Positions 23,838-26,212 of a stretch of 26,212 bases of DNA are shown here, in pieces (the stretch's first letter is position 1; every line of letters begins with the position of its first letter). The DNA is from Abditibacteriaceae bacterium (lineage in GTDB: Bacteria; Armatimonadota; Abditibacteriia; Abditibacteriales; Abditibacteriaceae). The notes beneath the pieces were generated by a model, which made no database searches, had not been told where the DNA came from, and was given only the letters and a program-made list of their open reading frames with translations. The DNA lies in contig JANPJS010000256.1 in the NCBI GenBank assembly GCA_031425655.1, forward strand, positions 1 through 26,212. Direction: 5' to 3'. A program made the position numbers and the translations under genes.

Positions 23838-25181
23838 ATGTTTTCCAAGATTCTTATTGCCAATCGCGGCGAAATTGCGCTGCGCGTGATTCGCACTTGT
23901 CGTGAAATGGGCATCAAAAGCGTGGCCGTGCATTCGGTCGCCGACCGAGAAGCGCTGCACGTTCGTTTGGCCGATCAAGCGGTCTGCATCGGGCCGGCGG
24001 CGGCAAAAGAATCGTATTTGTCCATCGCCAGCGTGGTTTCGGCGGCGAATATCACGGGCGCCGAAGCGATTCATCCCGGTTACGGCTTTTTGGCGGAAAA
24101 TTCGTCGTTCGCCGAAATCTGCGAGCAGGTCGGGCTGAAATTCATCGGGCCGTCGGTTCATGCCATCGAAAGCATGGGCAACAAAGCGATGGCGCGCCAG
24201 AAAATGCACGAGGCCGGTGTGCCGATTATCCCCGGCACCGACGTGCTGAACGACGACAAAGAAGCGACGGACGCGGCGCGTAAAATCGGCTATCCGGTGA
24301 TTATTAAGGCCAGCGCAGGCGGCGGCGGCAAAGGAATGCGTGTCGTGCATGGCGAAAGCGAATTGCTTTCGCAAATCACCGCGGCGCGCACCGAAGCCGA
24401 GGCCGCGTTCGGCAACGGCGAGATTTACATGGAGAAATATCTCATTGAGCCGCGCCACGTCGAAGTGCAAATCTTGGCCGACGAACACGGCAACGTGATT
24501 CATTTGGGCGAGCGCGATTGCTCGGTGCAAACCGCGCGGCACCAGAAAATGCTCGAAGAAGCGCCTTGCACCGCGCTGAGCGACAGCACGCGCAAAAAGC
24601 TCGGCGAAGCCGCCGTCAAAGGTGCCAAAGCCGTCGGCTATGCCAACGCCGGCACCATGGAATTCCTCGTCGCGGCGACCGGCGAATACTACTTCATGGA
24701 AATGAACACGCGCATTCAAGTCGAGCATCCCGTGACCGAAATGGTGACGCGCACCGACTTGATCCGCGAGCAATTACGCGTGGCGGCAGGCGAAAAATTG
24801 GACTTGCGCCAGAAAGATGTGGAACTGCAAGGCCACTGTATCGAAGTGCGCCTCACGGCGGAAAATCCCGATAACGGATTCAAGCCCTCGACCGGCACGA
24901 TCACGCGCTTCGATGCGCCGGGCGGCCCCGGCGTGCGCGTGGATACGCATATTTATCAGGGCTACGCGGTGCCGCCTTATTACGATTCGCTGTTGGCAAA
25001 AATCCTCGTCCACGCGCCGACGCGCCCGGAAGCCATTGCGCGCATGGAGCGCGCTTTAGGCGAAACCCGCTTGGAAGGCGTGCCGACAACTTTGCCGTTT
25101 CACCTAAAAGTTTTAGCCAACGATTACTTCCGGCGCGGCGAACTTTCCACCGACTTTTTAGCACGACGAATGGGAGTGTGA
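23838..25181 (+). CDS. accC: Acetyl-CoA carboxylase, biotin carboxylase subunit
   Basis: MFSKILIANRGEIA, HPGYGFLAEN, GGGGKGMR, ERDCS, EMNTRIQVEHPVTE and PPYYDSL. The likely start is ATG23838. Confidence 0.97.
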   Translation: MFSKILIANRGEIALRVIRTCREMGIKSVAVHSVADREALHVRLADQAVCIGPAAAKESYLSIASVVSAANITGAEAIHPGYGFLAENSSFAEICEQVGLKFIGPSVHAIESMGNKAMARQKMHEAGVPIIPGTDVLNDDKEATDAARKIGYPVIIKASAGGGGKGMRVVHGESELLSQITAARTEAEAAFGNGEIYMEKYLIEPRHVEVQILADEHGNVIHLGERDCSVQTARHQKMLEEAPCTALSDSTRKKLGEAAVKGAKAVGYANAGTMEFLVAATGEYYFMEMNTRIQVEHPVTEMVTRTDLIREQLRVAAGEKLDLRQKDVELQGHCIEVRLTAENPDNGFKPSTGTITRFDAPGGPGVRVDTHIYQGYAVPPYYDSLLAKILVHAPTRPEAIARMERALGETRLEGVPTTLPFHLKVLANDYFRRGELSTDFLARRMGV

Positions 25182-25185
25182 GACA

Positions 25186-25291
25186 AGGGATGAGGGATGA
25201 GGGATGAGGGATGAAAGAAGCGCCTACGGCGCGAATTTAACGGTGCAGAGCACCGAATTTCATCCCTCATCCCTCATCCCTCATCCCTCAT
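25186..25291. repeat. Inverted heptamer arrays (GGGATGA)4/(TCATCCC)4
   Basis: Perfect 31-bp IR at 25186-25216/25258-25288 between accC and nusB. Confidence 0.95.
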
Positions 25292-25294
25292 TTG

Positions 25295-25705
25295 ATGGGA
25301 AAACGACGCAGCGGACGCGATTTGGCGTTTCGCCTTTTATTTCAAGCCGATGTCGGCAAAACGCCGCTCGTCGAAGTGTTCAAGGCTTCGCGCGAAGGTA
25401 GCGAAGCCACCGACGAAGTGTGGGAGTTCGCAACCGAACTGGCGCGCGGCGCCTGGGATAATCGTGCCGAATTAGACCCGATTATCGTTCGCTACGCCGC
25501 CGGCTGGACGCTCTCGCGCATGGCGAATGCCGACCGCAACCTCTTACGTCTGGCGATTCACGAGATTCTTCATCGTGAAGACATTCCGCAAAGCGTGAGC
25601 ATCAACGAAGCCGTGGAACTGGCGAAAAAGTATTCGACTGCCGAATCCGCGAAATTCATCAACGGCATCTTGGGCAGCTTCGCCCGCGAACGCGATGGAA
25701 AATAA
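25295..25705 (+). CDS. nusB: Transcription antitermination factor NusB
   Basis: N-terminal Arg-rich KRRSGR, WTLSRMANADRNLLRLA, VSINEAVELAKKYS and FINGILG. Confidence 0.96.
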   Translation: MGKRRSGRDLAFRLLFQADVGKTPLVEVFKASREGSEATDEVWEFATELARGAWDNRAELDPIIVRYAAGWTLSRMANADRNLLRLAIHEILHREDIPQSVSINEAVELAKKYSTAESAKFINGILGSFARERDGK

Positions 25706-25738
25706 TCGGCGCAGAAAAAGCCATGATTCTATTCCAAG

Positions 25739-25862
25739 CCAAAGCGCCGAGTCATCCTGAGCCTGCGAAGGATCTCTGCGTGTTAGATGGGATTACCTCT
25801 GATTAATCCGCAACCTGCTCTGCAGAGATCCTTCGCAGGCTCAGGATGACTCGGCGCTTTGG
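25739..25862. repeat. GTCATCCTGAG-type REP-like inverted doublet
   Basis: Perfect 41-bp IR at 25739-25779/25822-25862 with a 42-nt spacer. Confidence 0.93.
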
Positions 25863-25878
25863 GTCATAAAGGTGTGCC

Positions 25879-26212
25879 ATGCAAAAGCGCTATTACGTTT
25901 ACATCATGACGAATTCGCGGCGCACGCTTTACATTGGCGTCACCAATGATTTGATGAGGCGTGTTCATGAACATAAGCAGAAGTTAATCGAAGGCTACAC
26001 GAAACGCTACAACTTGACGAAGTTAGTTCACTACGAAGAATTTGCGGCACCGCGCGAGGCCATCACGCGAGAAAAGCAGTTAAAAGGCTGGCTGCGAAAG
26101 CGCAAAAACGAACTGATCGAATCAAAAAATTCCGGTTGGCACGACCTTGCATTGAACTGGTTTGAGCCGCCACAGACCATTAGAAACAGTTTGCAAAGTC
26201 CTAATCAAGCCG
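25879..26212 (+). CDS. Stand-alone GIY-YIG nuclease (UPF0213-like), runs off the window edge and is absent from the ORF track
   Basis: My translation is MQKRYYVYIMTNSRRTLYIGVTNDLMRRVHEHK...YTKRYNLTKLVHYEEF...AITREKQLKGWLRKRKNELIESKNSGWHDL. AAGG lies upstream. Confidence 0.92.
   Translation, partial: MQKRYYVYIMTNSRRTLYIGVTNDLMRRVHEHKQKLIEGYTKRYNLTKLVHYEEFAAPREAITREKQLKGWLRKRKNELIESKNSGWHDLALNWFEPPQTIRNSLQSPNQA

Noticed and set aside
23817..24773. 318-aa minus-strand ORF
   Set aside because: It is an antisense shadow of accC.
17941..25291. Repeat clusters as CRISPR arrays
   Set aside because: There are no 25-45-bp direct repeats with unique spacers and no cas genes. They are inverted or heptameric repeats.
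26181..26212. TAGAAACAGTTTGCAAAGTCC as a further IS-like end within the GIY-YIG 3' extension
   Set aside because: The partner repeat would lie outside the window, so it cannot be supported here.

Overview
Bacterial chromosomal window of moderately high GC. The phylum cannot be determined from the sequence. The left part (1-16.6 kb) is accessory and partly decaying. It holds a TIR-like/TIR/SLOG defence-type gene split by a -1 shift at an A7 run, an IS5-family (ISL2/IS702-like) fragment, and pseudogenes of a secreted caspase-like protease and an EamA transporter. It also holds an intact minus-strand heavy-metal RND efflux operon (His-rich RAPP-ending leader ORF > TolC > unusually long 874-aa adaptor > CzcA/CusA > His-tailed FMN-bind-like lipoprotein), a cyclase-STAND-TPR gene preceded by a CHAT protease remnant missed by the ORF track, and DUF72. 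The right part (16.8-26.2 kb) is mostly housekeeping: hisC-aroF-tyrA, VOC protein, DUF1080, nucleotidyltransferase, a BCCP-like protein lacking the biotinylated Lys, a pilin-like gene, accC, nusB and a GIY-YIG nuclease running off the edge. Many intergenic regions carry palindromic elements, three of them inside IS-like terminal inverted repeats. The strongest novelty candidates are (i) a putative metal-sensing RAPP arrest-peptide leader whose Pro-Pro codons are complementary to the tolC Shine-Dalgarno, (ii) the multi-repeat giant adaptor, and (iii) a GIY-YIG gene next to a palindrome family that is also dispersed in the window. No CRISPR array, rRNA or intact tRNA was seen.
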